Notes: a model not told the origin generated them from the sequence alone. A stretch of 64,000 bases of DNA from Opitutales bacterium (GCA_965197745.1 CBDANS010000007.1:640001-704000); one strand, 5' to 3'. Counted from the first letter of the stretch, positions 31,333 to 42,404 are shown. Translations and numbers: made by a program.

Positions 31333-31736
31333 TTGAACCCGATAATTATTACTGCCGGCAAAGAATCACACACAGTGTTAATAGTTGATGATAATAAATT
31401 TATGCATCGACTGATAGCGGATGTGCTGAATAGGCCAAAAATTAGGTTTTACCATGCTTTTAGCGGGGAGGAAGTGTATCACACTTTAATGAGCATAGAG
31501 ATTAACTGCATTTTCATGGATTTTATCATGCCGCATAGTAGTGGGGGCAAGGTCACAGATATAATCAGAAAAGCGTATAAAAATAAGAAGATATATATAA
31601 TCGGAATGACCGGTACGATTGGGGGGATGAGGAGAAAGTGTGTTTTCAATGTGGAATGGATGCATTTTTGAGAAAACCTTTTGATAGCGATAAACTGTCA
31701 GGTGCGTTCAATAAATATTTAGAATCTATAATCTAA
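31333..31736 (+). pseudogene. Single receiver domain protein, frameshifted in a G6 run at 31621-31626
   Basis: LIVDDN, IFMDFIMP, IIGMTG; alternative frame continues CGMDAFLRKPF to TAA 31734-31736. Confidence 0.7.
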
Positions 31737-31786
31737 AACCGCGAATCAGTGTGTAAGAAAATTGTTGCTTAGAAGATTGAACCAAA

Positions 31787-33049
31787 ATGGGAAAAATTGA
31801 TTTAGAAAATTACGCGATTCTCTATGTAGATGACGAGGAAAAGTCTCTGCAAATATTTAAGCGCGCTTTTAGGGATCAGTTTACGATCTATACTGCTGCC
31901 AGTGCAAAAGAAGGGTACCGGATATTTGAGGATCATAAAGACGAGATTGGGCTCCTTATTGCTGATTAGAGGATGCCTGTTGAAAGAGGGGTTCAATTAT
32001 TAGAAAAAGTCCGCCGCTCCCATCCTCGAGTCATTCGCATCCTCGTAACCGCTTATACCGATTTCGACGCGGCAATCGATGCGGTCAACACCGGAGCTAT
32101 TTATAAATACATTATAAAGCCATGGAATGTATCAGAACTTAAAATAACCCTTAAGCAAGGTCTTGAATATTTTGCCCTGCAAAAAGAGAGAGACCGCCTG
32201 ATGCAGGAGAAATTATCCATCCTTCATAATATGATTATCACTGATCGAGTCATTAACCTTGGTATTCTCGCGGCAGGTTTAGGTCGTTATGTGCGAAATT
32301 CTTTTGTCGCGGTGAGAACCTTTTTCGATCTCGTCCCTTCCAGGTTGAAGGAGGAAAAAATAAATGTGAATGAATTGAGCAACCCGAAATTTTGGAATGA
32401 ATTCTACCTGCATGTCCAAAACCAGATCTGCCGTGTCTTAAAACTATTGGACGATCTGGGTGTAGTTACGGAAATAGCTTCGACGGTTAACCAGGAACCA
32501 TTGCATTTGAACGATGTCCTTGAAGCCACCTTGAATAAATTAAATAGGGATCTTCAGAAAAAAGAAATTAATGTGACGAAACATATACCTCATAATTTAG
32601 CTCCTCTGACCGTGAATAGCGCTAATTTTCACCGGTTATTCGAACTTTTACTTAAAGATGAAATAATATATTTATCAGAGGGCGGTGAAATTTCTATCAG
32701 TGCGCGCGATCTTTATGCTGAGGACGAAGGTGGCCATAAAATAGAGATAGCGATTTGTGATAATGGTCCGGGTTTGCCTGAGGATGAGATAAGTTCAGTA
32801 TTTGATCCATTTTATCTGCGAAATGGTGATCCCCAGGAGTTTGGAATAAATCTCATGGCCTGTTATTTCATTGTGTATCATCATGGAGGTAAAATTGAGG
32901 TGGGCAGTGATGGAGAAAGAGGGACAAAATTTACGATTACTTTTGATACCCGAACCCAGGCCATAGAAAATGGTGTGGAGGAGCGAGAATTACTCGGCAA
33001 AGTTTTAAAGAATGAGAAATTATTGGAAAAAATGCTGGCCGAATACTAA
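31787..33049 (+). pseudogene. Hybrid REC-histidine kinase-like protein with an in-frame TAG at 31967-31969
   Basis: ILYVDDE...IAD*RMP, where DQRMP is expected; the same frame continues to the HATPase DNGPG...FDPF. Confidence 0.8.
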
Positions 33050-33401
33050 TGCCGATAGATCGACCATTAATATAAATTCAGCATTTAATTTTTAAATATT
33101 CTCAAGGGCAAATACCTATTTCGCACTTCAATGGAAAATAATGAAGCTCATCGCCATTGATTAACTCAATTTATTTTCCCGTGACTTGAGTTATAAGATC
33201 CCTCTACTTATAGAATTCACGCTTGAATACGATTCCCGGTGAATTAAGCTTGATTGTTCCGTCAATTTCTTGAAAGTCAACAACCTGTTGATTTTAATTG
33301 GAGTGGGAAGAATGAGAAATCTGTCGAGTTACATGCGTTTATTTGTAACTAATGGATGATTTCTAAGGATTTTAGTTTTTCATAAAAATTTATATTTAAT
33401 T

Positions 33402-33902
33402 ATGCGGCATACGATCTCAGTTTTAGTGGAAAATAAATTCGGCGTTTTGACGAGGGTCGCTGGCATGTTCAGCGGCCGCGGGTTCAATATCGACACCCTC
33501 AATGTCGGTCCCACTCAAGACCCTAATTTATCGCGCATTACGGCAACGGTACAAGGAGATAATGAACAACTCGACCAGTGTATTAAGCAGCTGCATAAGC
33601 TTGTTAACGTTATAGAAGTGATCGATTTGAGAGTTGGCCAGTTTGTGGCCCGAGAATTGATCATGGTGAAAATCTCCGCGAATTCGAAGACCCGTTCCGA
33701 GCTGGTGCAAATATGCGACATATTTCGTTCCAAGATTATCGACGTCGGTCATGATCGTATTATCATTGAAATGACGGGTGATGAGAGCAAAGTGAACGCA
33801 TTTTTAGAACTGGTTGAACCCTTTGGGATACGCGAGCTTGCCCGAACCGGCAGCGTGGCCCTTCAACGAAGGACGGCTAAAGCTAAGAATAAGGAAGGTT
33901 GA
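33402..33902 (+). CDS. ilvH: Acetolactate synthase small subunit
   Basis: MRHTISVLVENKFGVLTRVAGMFSGRGFNIDTL, ELARTG. Confidence 0.93.
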   Translation: MRHTISVLVENKFGVLTRVAGMFSGRGFNIDTLNVGPTQDPNLSRITATVQGDNEQLDQCIKQLHKLVNVIEVIDLRVGQFVARELIMVKISANSKTRSELVQICDIFRSKIIDVGHDRIIIEMTGDESKVNAFLELVEPFGIRELARTGSVALQRRTAKAKNKEG

Positions 33903-33949
33903 TTTAAAAGCATACCATTATAACTAAGGATAAAAGAAAAAGGACGAAT

Positions 33950-34978
33950 ATGCCTGCAAAAGTCTATACTAATAAAGACGCGAATCTAACTGTATTAAAA
34001 AACAAAACCCTCGCGATGCTCGGCTATGGTTCTCAAGGTCACGCTCATGCGCAAAATTTGAAAGATAGCGGTTTAAAGGTTATAATTGGCTTATACCCTC
34101 AGAGTAAATCGATTAAAATTGCTAAAAAGCAGGGATTCGAAGTTTACGACGTGCCCACGGCGGTCAGCAAAGCCGATGTCATAATGATAGCGGTGCCTGA
34201 TATGGTACAGCCTGAACTTTATAAAAGTAAGATAGCTCCCAATCTTACGTCCGGCAAGACCATCGTTTTCAGTCATGGTTTTAGTATCCATTTTAATCTG
34301 ATCAAGCCATCGAAGAACATAGATGTTATAATGGTTGCTCCCAAGGGGCCCGGACAAATTGTGCGAAGACAGTATCTGGAAGGTAAAGGTGTCCCCGCGC
34401 TCATTGCTGTTGCCCCGGGTTCCTCCAAAAAAGCCAAGTCTGTGGCGCTGGCCTGGGCTAAAGGGATTGGCGCCACACGAGCGGGAGTGCTCCAGACTAC
34501 CTTTAAAGAAGAAACTGAAACGGACCTCTTTGGGGAACAGGCAGTCCTCTGCGGTGGCGCCAGTGCTCTTGTCCTTGCGGGTTATGAGACGCTGATCGAC
34601 GCGGGATATCAACCGGAGATGGCATACTTTGAATGCCTGCATGAATTAAAACTTATCGTTGATCTTATGGTTGAATCCGGAATTGCGGGAATGCGTTTTG
34701 CGGTATCAGAAACAGCAAAATTCGGAGATATTACCCGCGGCCCTCGCGTCATCAACTCTCAGACGAAGAAGATCATGAAAAGTATTCTTAAAGATGTCCA
34801 ATCGGGGAAATTTGCCAGAGAATGGGTCAAGGAATACAAAAATGGATTACCGAGATATAATGCATTACTCAAAAAAGGCGAAAAACATCATATAGAAAAA
34901 ACGGGACAACGCCTTCGCAATCTAATGCCGTGGGTCAAAAAGAGGAATATTAAAGGAGCTCAAGCTGCTTATAGCTGA
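33950..34978 (+). CDS. ilvC: Ketol-acid reductoisomerase
   Basis: GYGSQGHAHAQNL, MVAPKGPG, ETETDLFGEQAVLCGG, AYFECLHE. Confidence 0.97.
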   Translation: MPAKVYTNKDANLTVLKNKTLAMLGYGSQGHAHAQNLKDSGLKVIIGLYPQSKSIKIAKKQGFEVYDVPTAVSKADVIMIAVPDMVQPELYKSKIAPNLTSGKTIVFSHGFSIHFNLIKPSKNIDVIMVAPKGPGQIVRRQYLEGKGVPALIAVAPGSSKKAKSVALAWAKGIGATRAGVLQTTFKEETETDLFGEQAVLCGGASALVLAGYETLIDAGYQPEMAYFECLHELKLIVDLMVESGIAGMRFAVSETAKFGDITRGPRVINSQTKKIMKSILKDVQSGKFAREWVKEYKNGLPRYNALLKKGEKHHIEKTGQRLRNLMPWVKKRNIKGAQAAYS

Positions 34979-35134
34979 ACGTCGTCTGCAGTTATAGTGG
35001 GGTGCATTTCCAACGGAATTATAAAAGCAAAGCCCACATTTTCTGTTAACGATTGCTTCCATGGGATAGTCTTAATCCCGGACATAGTATTCCAATGATC
35101 AATTAGGGGTAGGACAGATGTTTTTTGCGTTGGT

Positions 35135-35995
35135 ATGATGAGCAGCAAAATAACTTTAACGACGAGGAAAAGTCCGTTGGCCCTGATCCAAACGGATCTT
35201 GCCCGGGTTTATCTAAAAGAGAGACTGCCCGAATGTGAATTCGATTTGTTAAAACTATCAACTACTGGGGACAATAAACAGGACTGGTCGCTTGAAGGGA
35301 AAGGTGGAAAAGGGCTTTTTACAAAAGAATTGGAAAGAGCGTTAATAGATGGTCGGGCAGATCTGGCCGTGCATAGTGCTAAGGACTTGCCGATGGAATT
35401 GGAGCCGGGATTGGCGATAGCTGGCTATTTACCCAGAGCTGACGCTCATGATGTCCTCGTATTGGATGAAAGCCGCACTGATCCTAGAATGATCGCTTCG
35501 GGTAGCCCGCGACGACGGGCCCAAAGCCGTTTGCTCTACCCAAAGAGTGAGTGGTGTGAAATTCGCGGAAATGTTGAAACCCGTTTGAAAAAAATTTCAT
35601 CGGGATCAGCTGATGCTACTATACTTGCAGCCGCAGGTCTTAATAGACTCGGCATCGATACATGGCCAAAACTCGTTTTTAAAACCTTATCGTATGATGA
35701 AATGGTTCCAGCGGCGGGGCAGGGAGCTATCGCAATTGAATGCCGAGCAGACGATACTTCTAAATACCGCACACTCCTGGATGAAGATACGCGCCGAGCC
35801 ATAACCATTGAACGTATTCTGATCAGCGAACTTGGCGGCGGTTGCCACAGTTCGCATGCTGCATATTTCAGTAATGATAAATTACTCGTTTATCATGAGG
35901 ACCACGGATTAAAAGAATTTCATTTAGCGGGAATGAGTGATGCTGAAATAGAGAACCGCTTACGTGAGATTGTTAATGAATTACAGGAGTCATGA
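35135..35995 (+). CDS. hemC: Hydroxymethylbilane synthase
   Basis: TRKSPLALIQ, GKGLFTKELE, AVHSAKD, IRGNVETR, GGGC. Confidence 0.95.
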   Translation: MMSSKITLTTRKSPLALIQTDLARVYLKERLPECEFDLLKLSTTGDNKQDWSLEGKGGKGLFTKELERALIDGRADLAVHSAKDLPMELEPGLAIAGYLPRADAHDVLVLDESRTDPRMIASGSPRRRAQSRLLYPKSEWCEIRGNVETRLKKISSGSADATILAAAGLNRLGIDTWPKLVFKTLSYDEMVPAAGQGAIAIECRADDTSKYRTLLDEDTRRAITIERILISELGGGCHSSHAAYFSNDKLLVYHEDHGLKEFHLAGMSDAEIENRLREIVNELQES

Positions 35996-37533
35996 CTACG
36001 GGGGGTGTTTATCTAGTGGGAGCTGGTCCTGGAGATCTGGGATTACTCACGCTGCGCGCCAGAGAGCTCATCGAAATTGCCGATGTATTGGTTTATGATT
36101 ACTTGGTCAATGAAAGATTGCTCGATTGGTGTAAGGAAAACTGTGAAAAAATATATGTGGGAAAAAAGCCGGGTTTTCACGCGATCTCTCAGGACGAAAT
36201 TGAGGATATTATAGTAAAGTATGCCCGTGAGGGTAAAACCGTTGTCAGATTGAAAGGAGGAGACCCTTTCATTTTCGGTCGAGGTGGAGAAGAGGCCCTT
36301 CGAATGACAGCGGATGGGATATCCTATGAAATTGTTCCGGGCGTGACAGCCGCTCTGGCTACTGCAGCCTATGCAGGTGTACCTCTAACGCATCGCGATA
36401 TCAGTTCCTCCATCAGCATACTGACGGGCCATGAAAATATAGAAAAACATGAGTCGCGAGTCTCGTTCAGGGATTTTGCCAAAACTGCTGAGACCCTCTG
36501 TATATATATGGGAATGGGACGTCTTGCAACGATTACGGTCGAGCTTATGGAGGGAGGCCTCTCACCAGATACACCGGTTGTCGTTGTCCAATGGGCTACC
36601 CTGCCTCGGCAGCGCAGTCTTCTCGCAACCTTATCAACGGTGACCGAAGAATGTCGGATAAAGAACCTCAGTAATCCGAGTGTAATCGTGGTTGGAAAGG
36701 TATCGCAGTTTTATAACACCATGGGTTGGTTTGAGCGAAAGCCACTCTTTGGCAAGCGCATCGTTGTCACGCGCAGTCGCCAGCAATCAGCGGATCTAAG
36801 TCGAAAGCTTGAAGTTGCCGGTGCTGAAGTAATGGAACTCCCCCTCATTCAGATTAAAATGGAGAGTGATGTAAAATCACATATTGAAATATTTGCGGGA
36901 ATTGGAGTATATGATTGGATTGTATTTACCAGTGCTAATGGTGCTGAATGCTTTTTTAATATTTTTTTTAAAACATTTACTGATATACGGTCATTTGGTT
37001 TTCTCAAAATCGCGGCTGTCGGTACCGCAACCGAAGCGGAAATAAATAAATATCATCTTAAAGTTGATTTGGTGCCAGATACAGCTGTTGCGGAAGAATT
37101 AGTCGAAGCTCTGGTCAAAGAGGAATCAATAGAACATCAAAAAATACTGGTCGTTACCGGTAATCGTAATCGCGATGTAATTGTTAAAAAACTCGAAGAA
37201 GCGATGGCGATTGTGGACACCATGACAGTATATAAAACAGAAAAAACAGACCTTTCCCAGCATCCCACGGCAAATATATTTCGTCAGGAGGGAGCAGATG
37301 CGGTTACTTTTACCAGTTCTTCCACGGTGCAATCCTTTGTCGAACAAGCAGCGTCACTTCAACTTGAGAAAGATGCTCAGAGACCCATAACCTGCAGTAT
37401 TGGACCCATCACTTCAGAAACTATGAGAAAGGCAGGTATGCCTGTTGATGCGGAAGCGAAATATGCATCCATTGACGGGATGATAGAAGCATTAATTGAT
37501 AAATTCAATTCGGAGAATGATAAGACTGAATGA
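35992..37533 (+). CDS. cobA: Uroporphyrinogen-III C-methyltransferase / synthase fusion (CobA-HemD)
   Basis: VYLVGAGPGD, VRLKGGDPFIFGRGGEE; C-half IVVTRS, FTSANG, FTSSSTV, SIGPIT. Confidence 0.93.
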   Translation: MTTGGVYLVGAGPGDLGLLTLRARELIEIADVLVYDYLVNERLLDWCKENCEKIYVGKKPGFHAISQDEIEDIIVKYAREGKTVVRLKGGDPFIFGRGGEEALRMTADGISYEIVPGVTAALATAAYAGVPLTHRDISSSISILTGHENIEKHESRVSFRDFAKTAETLCIYMGMGRLATITVELMEGGLSPDTPVVVVQWATLPRQRSLLATLSTVTEECRIKNLSNPSVIVVGKVSQFYNTMGWFERKPLFGKRIVVTRSRQQSADLSRKLEVAGAEVMELPLIQIKMESDVKSHIEIFAGIGVYDWIVFTSANGAECFFNIFFKTFTDIRSFGFLKIAAVGTATEAEINKYHLKVDLVPDTAVAEELVEALVKEESIEHQKILVVTGNRNRDVIVKKLEEAMAIVDTMTVYKTEKTDLSQHPTANIFRQEGADAVTFTSSSTVQSFVEQAASLQLEKDAQRPITCSIGPITSETMRKAGMPVDAEAKYASIDGMIEALIDKFNSENDKTE

Positions 37534-37718
37534 ATCCGTATCATTTGACACCCCTTTTTTGCATACACCTGTAACGCGTATTTTAAGTTTTTTTTCCAGG
37601 GAAATGTTTGAAGAGAAGAGACCTTTTCCTGCGCCGCGGCAGATCCGCAGTGTTTAAGTGGTTGCGGTGACAGTATTTTCGGGTCAGGCTGAATTTTCTA
37701 TCATTTAAATCCGTTGCA

Positions 37719-38363
37719 ATGGGAACTACCGTAAAGATCAAAGTCTGTGGTATCACACGTGAAGAGGATGCGTTGACTTCTCTTAAAGTGGGAGCCGATT
37801 TCATCGGCTTGAACATTTATCCGCAATCGCCTCGTGCTGTAGCCTCGGATTCATTGGGTAGTCTATTAGATAAAATTCCCCAGGGTAAACGCGTCATGGT
37901 TGATGTTTCACCTTCGACTGAAGAACTAAAGCGAAGGATAGATCTTGGTTTCGACTTTTTTCAGATTAACTTTGACGTGAGCACACCGATAAATGAGGTG
38001 GCCTTATGGAGTGGATGTGTGGGGCCTGAAAAGCTTTGGCTGGCGCCGCGGATCCCGCCGAGCGTGCCGTTCCCTGAATCTATCTTGAAATATGCCGATA
38101 CCCTGGTTATTGACCGTTATTCCAAGAATAAATTCGGAGGTACCGGTAAGGTAAGTAACTGGAAATTATTTTATGAATGGCAGGATACATACTCAGATAA
38201 AAAGTGGATCCTCACAGGTGGATTAAATCCCGACAATATAAGTGCTGCACTTGCAGAGACAGAAGCTGCTTACATTGATATCAACAGCGGTGTTGAATCA
38301 GCTCCGGGTATCAAAGACGCATATAAACTAAAGGAATTTTTTACGATCGCGCGCCGAACTTAA
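37719..38363 (+). CDS. trpF: Phosphoribosylanthranilate isomerase
   Basis: IKVCGIT, SPR, GGTG, LTGGLNPDN, DINSGVESAPGIKD. Confidence 0.93.
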   Translation: MGTTVKIKVCGITREEDALTSLKVGADFIGLNIYPQSPRAVASDSLGSLLDKIPQGKRVMVDVSPSTEELKRRIDLGFDFFQINFDVSTPINEVALWSGCVGPEKLWLAPRIPPSVPFPESILKYADTLVIDRYSKNKFGGTGKVSNWKLFYEWQDTYSDKKWILTGGLNPDNISAALAETEAAYIDINSGVESAPGIKDAYKLKEFFTIARRT

Positions 38364-38457
38364 TAATACCCTAGTACGGTAATTTTCCATGCTGTATCCC
38401 TGGAAGTTTAGATAACGGCGTTTATCAACGGACGCGACGCACGCTTTCAATCGGCAA

Positions 38458-39627
38458 CTAGTGTTTAATAAGATCGAAAAACTCCTCGTTGTTTTTGGTC
38501 TTTTCAAGACGGGAAATCGCGGTTTCCGCGGCTTCTTCAACCTTCATTCGTGCTAGAGCACGACGGAAAAAATGACACTGTTCAAGTGTATCGGGGTGGA
38601 GGAGAAGTTCTTCGCGGCGTGTTCCAGAAGATGCAATATTGATTGCCGGCCAGATACGAAGTTCAGCCACTTTACGGTCTAAGACCATCTCCATGTTACC
38701 GGTCCCTTTAAACTCCTGAAAAATAAAGTCGTCCATACGGCTGCCGGTCTCGATAAGGGCTGAGGCAATAATAGTCAGGCTACCGGCCTCTTCTGTATTA
38801 CGTGCCGCGGAAAATAACTGTCGCGGTTTTTCTAAGGCGCGAATATCTAATCCCCCCGTCATAGTACGGCCACCTCCGCCCTTTGCCGAATTATGGGCGC
38901 GAGATAATCGCGTCAGGGAATCAAGCATCAAGACTACATCTCTCCCCGCTTCAACTAACCGTTTGGCGCGCTCGATTGCTAAATCGGCAATACGGATATG
39001 ATTTTGCAGCACTTCATCGTTAGAAGATGCCCAGATCTCAGCCGGCACGCTTCTTTTCAAGTCTGTGACTTCCTCCGGTCTCTCATCTACGAGAAGCATC
39101 ATTACATGACATTCCGGGTTGTTTTCGAGTACGCCGAGAGCAATGTCTCGAAGCAGTGTCGTTTTCCCCGTGCGAGGAGGGGCAACGATGAGGCCGCGTT
39201 GCCCTTTGCCAATCGGACAAAATATATCCATGGCGCGCACCGTCATGTTACTATCTTTAGTTTCAAGTTTCAGCCATTCATCCGGGGTAATAGTTGTCAG
39301 TTGGGTAAATTCAATGCATTTTTTGCGCATATCCACAGTAAGACCGTCAATCGTGTCGATATAACGCACTTTAGGATTGGGAAACCTTTTGTCCTGTTGT
39401 CCCTGGCCAACAATATAACTTCCCCGGCGCACTTTAAAACGTCGAATCAATTCCTGGGGTAGAAATGGATCGGAATCGCGTTTTCGACCATTTTTAGCGG
39501 GGTCCAGCAGATGACCGGAATTATTGGGCTGAGGTTCAAAAATGCCCTCTAAGCTGATACTGTTTTTGGGTTGGTTATTCTTCTCCATAATAAATGAAAG
39601 CTCAATGGGGCAGATGAAATTTCCCAA
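38458..39627 (-). CDS. rho: Transcription termination factor Rho (short form; start possibly 39588)
   Basis: PIGKGQRGLIVAPPRTGKT, DERPEEVTD, SLTIIASALIETGSRMD, SGTRREELL. Confidence 0.96.
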   Translation of the reverse strand: MGNFICPIELSFIMEKNNQPKNSISLEGIFEPQPNNSGHLLDPAKNGRKRDSDPFLPQELIRRFKVRRGSYIVGQGQQDKRFPNPKVRYIDTIDGLTVDMRKKCIEFTQLTTITPDEWLKLETKDSNMTVRAMDIFCPIGKGQRGLIVAPPRTGKTTLLRDIALGVLENNPECHVMMLLVDERPEEVTDLKRSVPAEIWASSNDEVLQNHIRIADLAIERAKRLVEAGRDVVLMLDSLTRLSRAHNSAKGGGGRTMTGGLDIRALEKPRQLFSAARNTEEAGSLTIIASALIETGSRMDDFIFQEFKGTGNMEMVLDRKVAELRIWPAINIASSGTRREELLLHPDTLEQCHFFRRALARMKVEEAAETAISRLEKTKNNEEFFDLIKH

Positions 39628-39794
39628 TTAGGAAGGGAAAATTTAATCAATGTGGAAAAACAGCTGGTTTATAAAACCAATGATAAAGATGTTTCTCGCG
39701 AAAAGAGCCATCAATAAGGATCTATAAAAATTATCCTAGAAAATAATAAGATACTGTCAATGCCGTATTAATACTATAAGAGGACTAAAGGATA

Positions 39795-40391
39795 GTGAAA
39801 AGAGCGCAGGCATTTAGCATTTTAGAGCTGTTGACAGTTATCAGCCTGATTGTCGTTTTACTCAGTTTCACCTTTAGTGTTGCCAACGGTATCAGGCACC
39901 GGGCTGCGGTGTCCCGCACTAAGACAGAACTCTCATCATTGGCAGAGGCGCTGGAACGATTCAAACTTTATCAGGGTGATTATCCCTGGGTTGATGGCTT
40001 CAATCACGATGAAAATGCTAAATTGCTTTACGCTTCTCTCAATGGTAAATGGATATGGGACAGTGAAACGCAGAGATTTGTCTTATCCAATAAAAGGAGA
40101 GTGTTTTTCGATCCCGGAAAATTCAGACTTAAAAATCCCGATGACATAACAGAACCTAAACCAGATTCGAATGGTGATCCGGTGATAATCGATTCGTGGG
40201 ATAATACTTATATCTATGCTTATAAGAATAATTCGAATCATGGCACGACATGGGAAAAAGCTGGTTTTCTTCTCATATCAATGGGGTCAGATGGAAAATT
40301 AGGTTCTCCAATTCCCTCCCATGGCATTCTGGATTTAAATTATTTTAACCTGAATGAAGAAAACGCCGATAATCTTATTTATGGGTATTAG
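39795..40391 (+). CDS. Prepilin-type / GspG-like pseudopilin
   Basis: AFSILELLTVI; LERFKLYQGDYP; DSWDN; LISMGSDG. Confidence 0.85.
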   Translation: MKRAQAFSILELLTVISLIVVLLSFTFSVANGIRHRAAVSRTKTELSSLAEALERFKLYQGDYPWVDGFNHDENAKLLYASLNGKWIWDSETQRFVLSNKRRVFFDPGKFRLKNPDDITEPKPDSNGDPVIIDSWDNTYIYAYKNNSNHGTTWEKAGFLLISMGSDGKLGSPIPSHGILDLNYFNLNEENADNLIYGY

Positions 40392-41040
40392 TTTATCTTC
40401 AGGAGATGAATATAATGAGAGGGGAGTGGAAACAAAATTTGAGAACGAGGGATTTACTTTAATCGAGTTGCTATTGGCGATCGCCGTAATCGGAATTCTA
40501 ACTGGAATACTGTTCCCTGTTGTCCTCGCGGTGAGAACGCAGGTCTTATTTACGAAAAGCAGGGTTCAGTTCAATCAATACGTTATGGCCTTGGAAGCTT
40601 TCAAACAAGAATACGGATTTTATCCTCGTTTAGGTGAACAATCATCTGTTGGCGATGTCAGTTTCAGCCTGATAAATCCTTCTACTCAAAAATTATTTAT
40701 CGAAACCCTCTCTGCCCGGCCCGCTCATTCTGAAAATCAATCTATCTCTGATGAGGCGAGCGCCTTAAACCGAAAGTCCCTATCTTTTTACAGCTTCTCC
40801 GAATCGGATTTCAACGATAGTGGTGAAATTGTAGACGCATTTGAAAATAGGGATATTAAAATATTTTTGGATGCTGATGGAAACGGTTTCATAAATGCGG
40901 AAATGCTGAAGACTAATTTTAAAGATGTGCATGATAATGATTACGTGCCGGACGATGACGATGTGCCTGACGATATACGTGCGGGTGTAGTTATATTATC
41001 TGCCGGAGAGAGAGGGAATTTTATCAAAAGCTGGGAGTAG
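40354..41040 (+). CDS. Prepilin-type / GspG-like pseudopilin (start probably nearer 40426)
   Basis: GFTLIELLLAIAVIGIL; FKQEYGFYP. Confidence 0.85.
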   Translation: MKKTPIILFMGISLSSGDEYNERGVETKFENEGFTLIELLLAIAVIGILTGILFPVVLAVRTQVLFTKSRVQFNQYVMALEAFKQEYGFYPRLGEQSSVGDVSFSLINPSTQKLFIETLSARPAHSENQSISDEASALNRKSLSFYSFSESDFNDSGEIVDAFENRDIKIFLDADGNGFINAEMLKTNFKDVHDNDYVPDDDDVPDDIRAGVVILSAGERGNFIKSWE

Positions 41041-41081
41041 TGATTTAAGTCCATCATTTAACTATTAATCCGTCGAATAAG

Positions 41082-41720
41082 GTGAGAACTGCTTACAAAA
41101 AGGTAACATGCGTGGCTGGGTTTACTCTATTAGAATTGGCTGTAGTCACGGGATTAATTTTATTTTTTGTATCCTTTATCGGAGTGGTGTTAAGTAGTCG
41201 AGGAGAAGACCAGGCATTGAAGGCGGGTCAACAGCTTGCGGACAGCATGCTCATGGCAACCCGTGACCTGGCTATGCTTAAAGGCACAAACACCCGGATA
41301 ATAATTCATTATAATTCTCACGAGCCCGATAAATATCTCCGCCTCATGGGAATTATCTTTGAGGAATATCCGGATTCTGGTAGCTGGAAATCGGTCGACA
41401 ACGGTTCTTATTTACCGATGGGAGTTTATTTCCATACGGAATTCAGCACCTGGACGGACGCCCAGATAATGAATTATGAATTTCCCCATCTTGATTTTTA
41501 TGAAGGTGGAAGCGGGGGGAAATGGCTTTTTTTTGAATTCACGCAAACGGGCCTGTCCAGTCATCCAGGTGCCAGATTTATAATTGGCACAGGTCGATTA
41601 GAAACGGTTGGAACCGAAAACTATAAAGTCGACTATAACGCCAACACTATTGGCGGATTTATAATTTGGAAATATGGGGGAATGTCATCGTTTTCAGGAC
41701 CTGAAGCAATCAAAGGTTAA
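41082..41720 (+). CDS. Prepilin-type GspH/FimT-like protein
   Basis: GFTLLELAVV; ATRDLAM. Confidence 0.8.
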   Translation: MRTAYKKVTCVAGFTLLELAVVTGLILFFVSFIGVVLSSRGEDQALKAGQQLADSMLMATRDLAMLKGTNTRIIIHYNSHEPDKYLRLMGIIFEEYPDSGSWKSVDNGSYLPMGVYFHTEFSTWTDAQIMNYEFPHLDFYEGGSGGKWLFFEFTQTGLSSHPGARFIIGTGRLETVGTENYKVDYNANTIGGFIIWKYGGMSSFSGPEAIKG

Positions 41721-41765
41721 AAATAAATTTTTTTTCATTATAGAATATGACAATTAATAACTTAA

Positions 41766-42404
41766 ATGCGTGAATATCCGACTAAGGCATTTTCAATGAT
41801 AGAGATGGTGTTGGCGCTGGGTATCTTTTCTTTTGCGGTATTACCCCTAATCGGTCTTTTAATAAGCTCCTTGAATTCGGCAGGTAAGCTCATCGATTTT
41901 AACCAGGTGGCTGCCATTACCGCTGAGATTGATGCTTTTTTGCAAAGTCGGGAAAATGCTTTTGAAACTGTTTATAGCTGGATGGAAAATGGAGAATGTA
42001 AATCGCTTCTCTTGTATGCAACCAGTGACGATCGAGAACAGTGGAACTCTGAGGAGAGTCCATTCTTTCCCCGTTCGAGAAGCGACTATTTAAGTAAGAC
42101 GATTCGTATTCTTGGATACGGAGGTTCTAATCCTGATCTGATCAAAGAAGAATTGAGTAGAGTCGAGGGATCCGCATTTAAAATAAAGATTTGTGATTCT
42201 CTCGTGTATGAATGGGGAGAAGAGGGGCATAACGATCCAGAAAATCTTGGCCCTTATTCTCAATATGAGGAAGCGTTTCTTGCTCTTACCATTCGCATTT
42301 ATGCATACTCACCCCATCCCTCAATGATTAATGCGCTTTGTGATGAGCATCGCCATGATGAGAAAAATGAGATCATGGTCTATCCCTATGCGCTTAATCG
42401 CTAA
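41766..42404 (+). CDS. Prepilin-type protein (Verru_Chthon cassette B-like)
   Basis: AFSMIEMVLALGIFSFAVLPLIGLL. Confidence 0.75.
   Translation: MREYPTKAFSMIEMVLALGIFSFAVLPLIGLLISSLNSAGKLIDFNQVAAITAEIDAFLQSRENAFETVYSWMENGECKSLLLYATSDDREQWNSEESPFFPRSRSDYLSKTIRILGYGGSNPDLIKEELSRVEGSAFKIKICDSLVYEWGEEGHNDPENLGPYSQYEEAFLALTIRIYAYSPHPSMINALCDEHRHDEKNEIMVYPYALNR

Noticed and set aside
24265..31969. Stop-codon reassignment suggested by in-frame TAA (24265) and TAG (31967)
   Set aside because: TAA, TAG and TGA all terminate conserved housekeeping genes normally; isolated nonsense changes are simpler.
22124..33400. Integrative element with an att duplication of tRNA-Val
   Set aside because: No integrase and no repeat of the tRNA 3' end found by eye.
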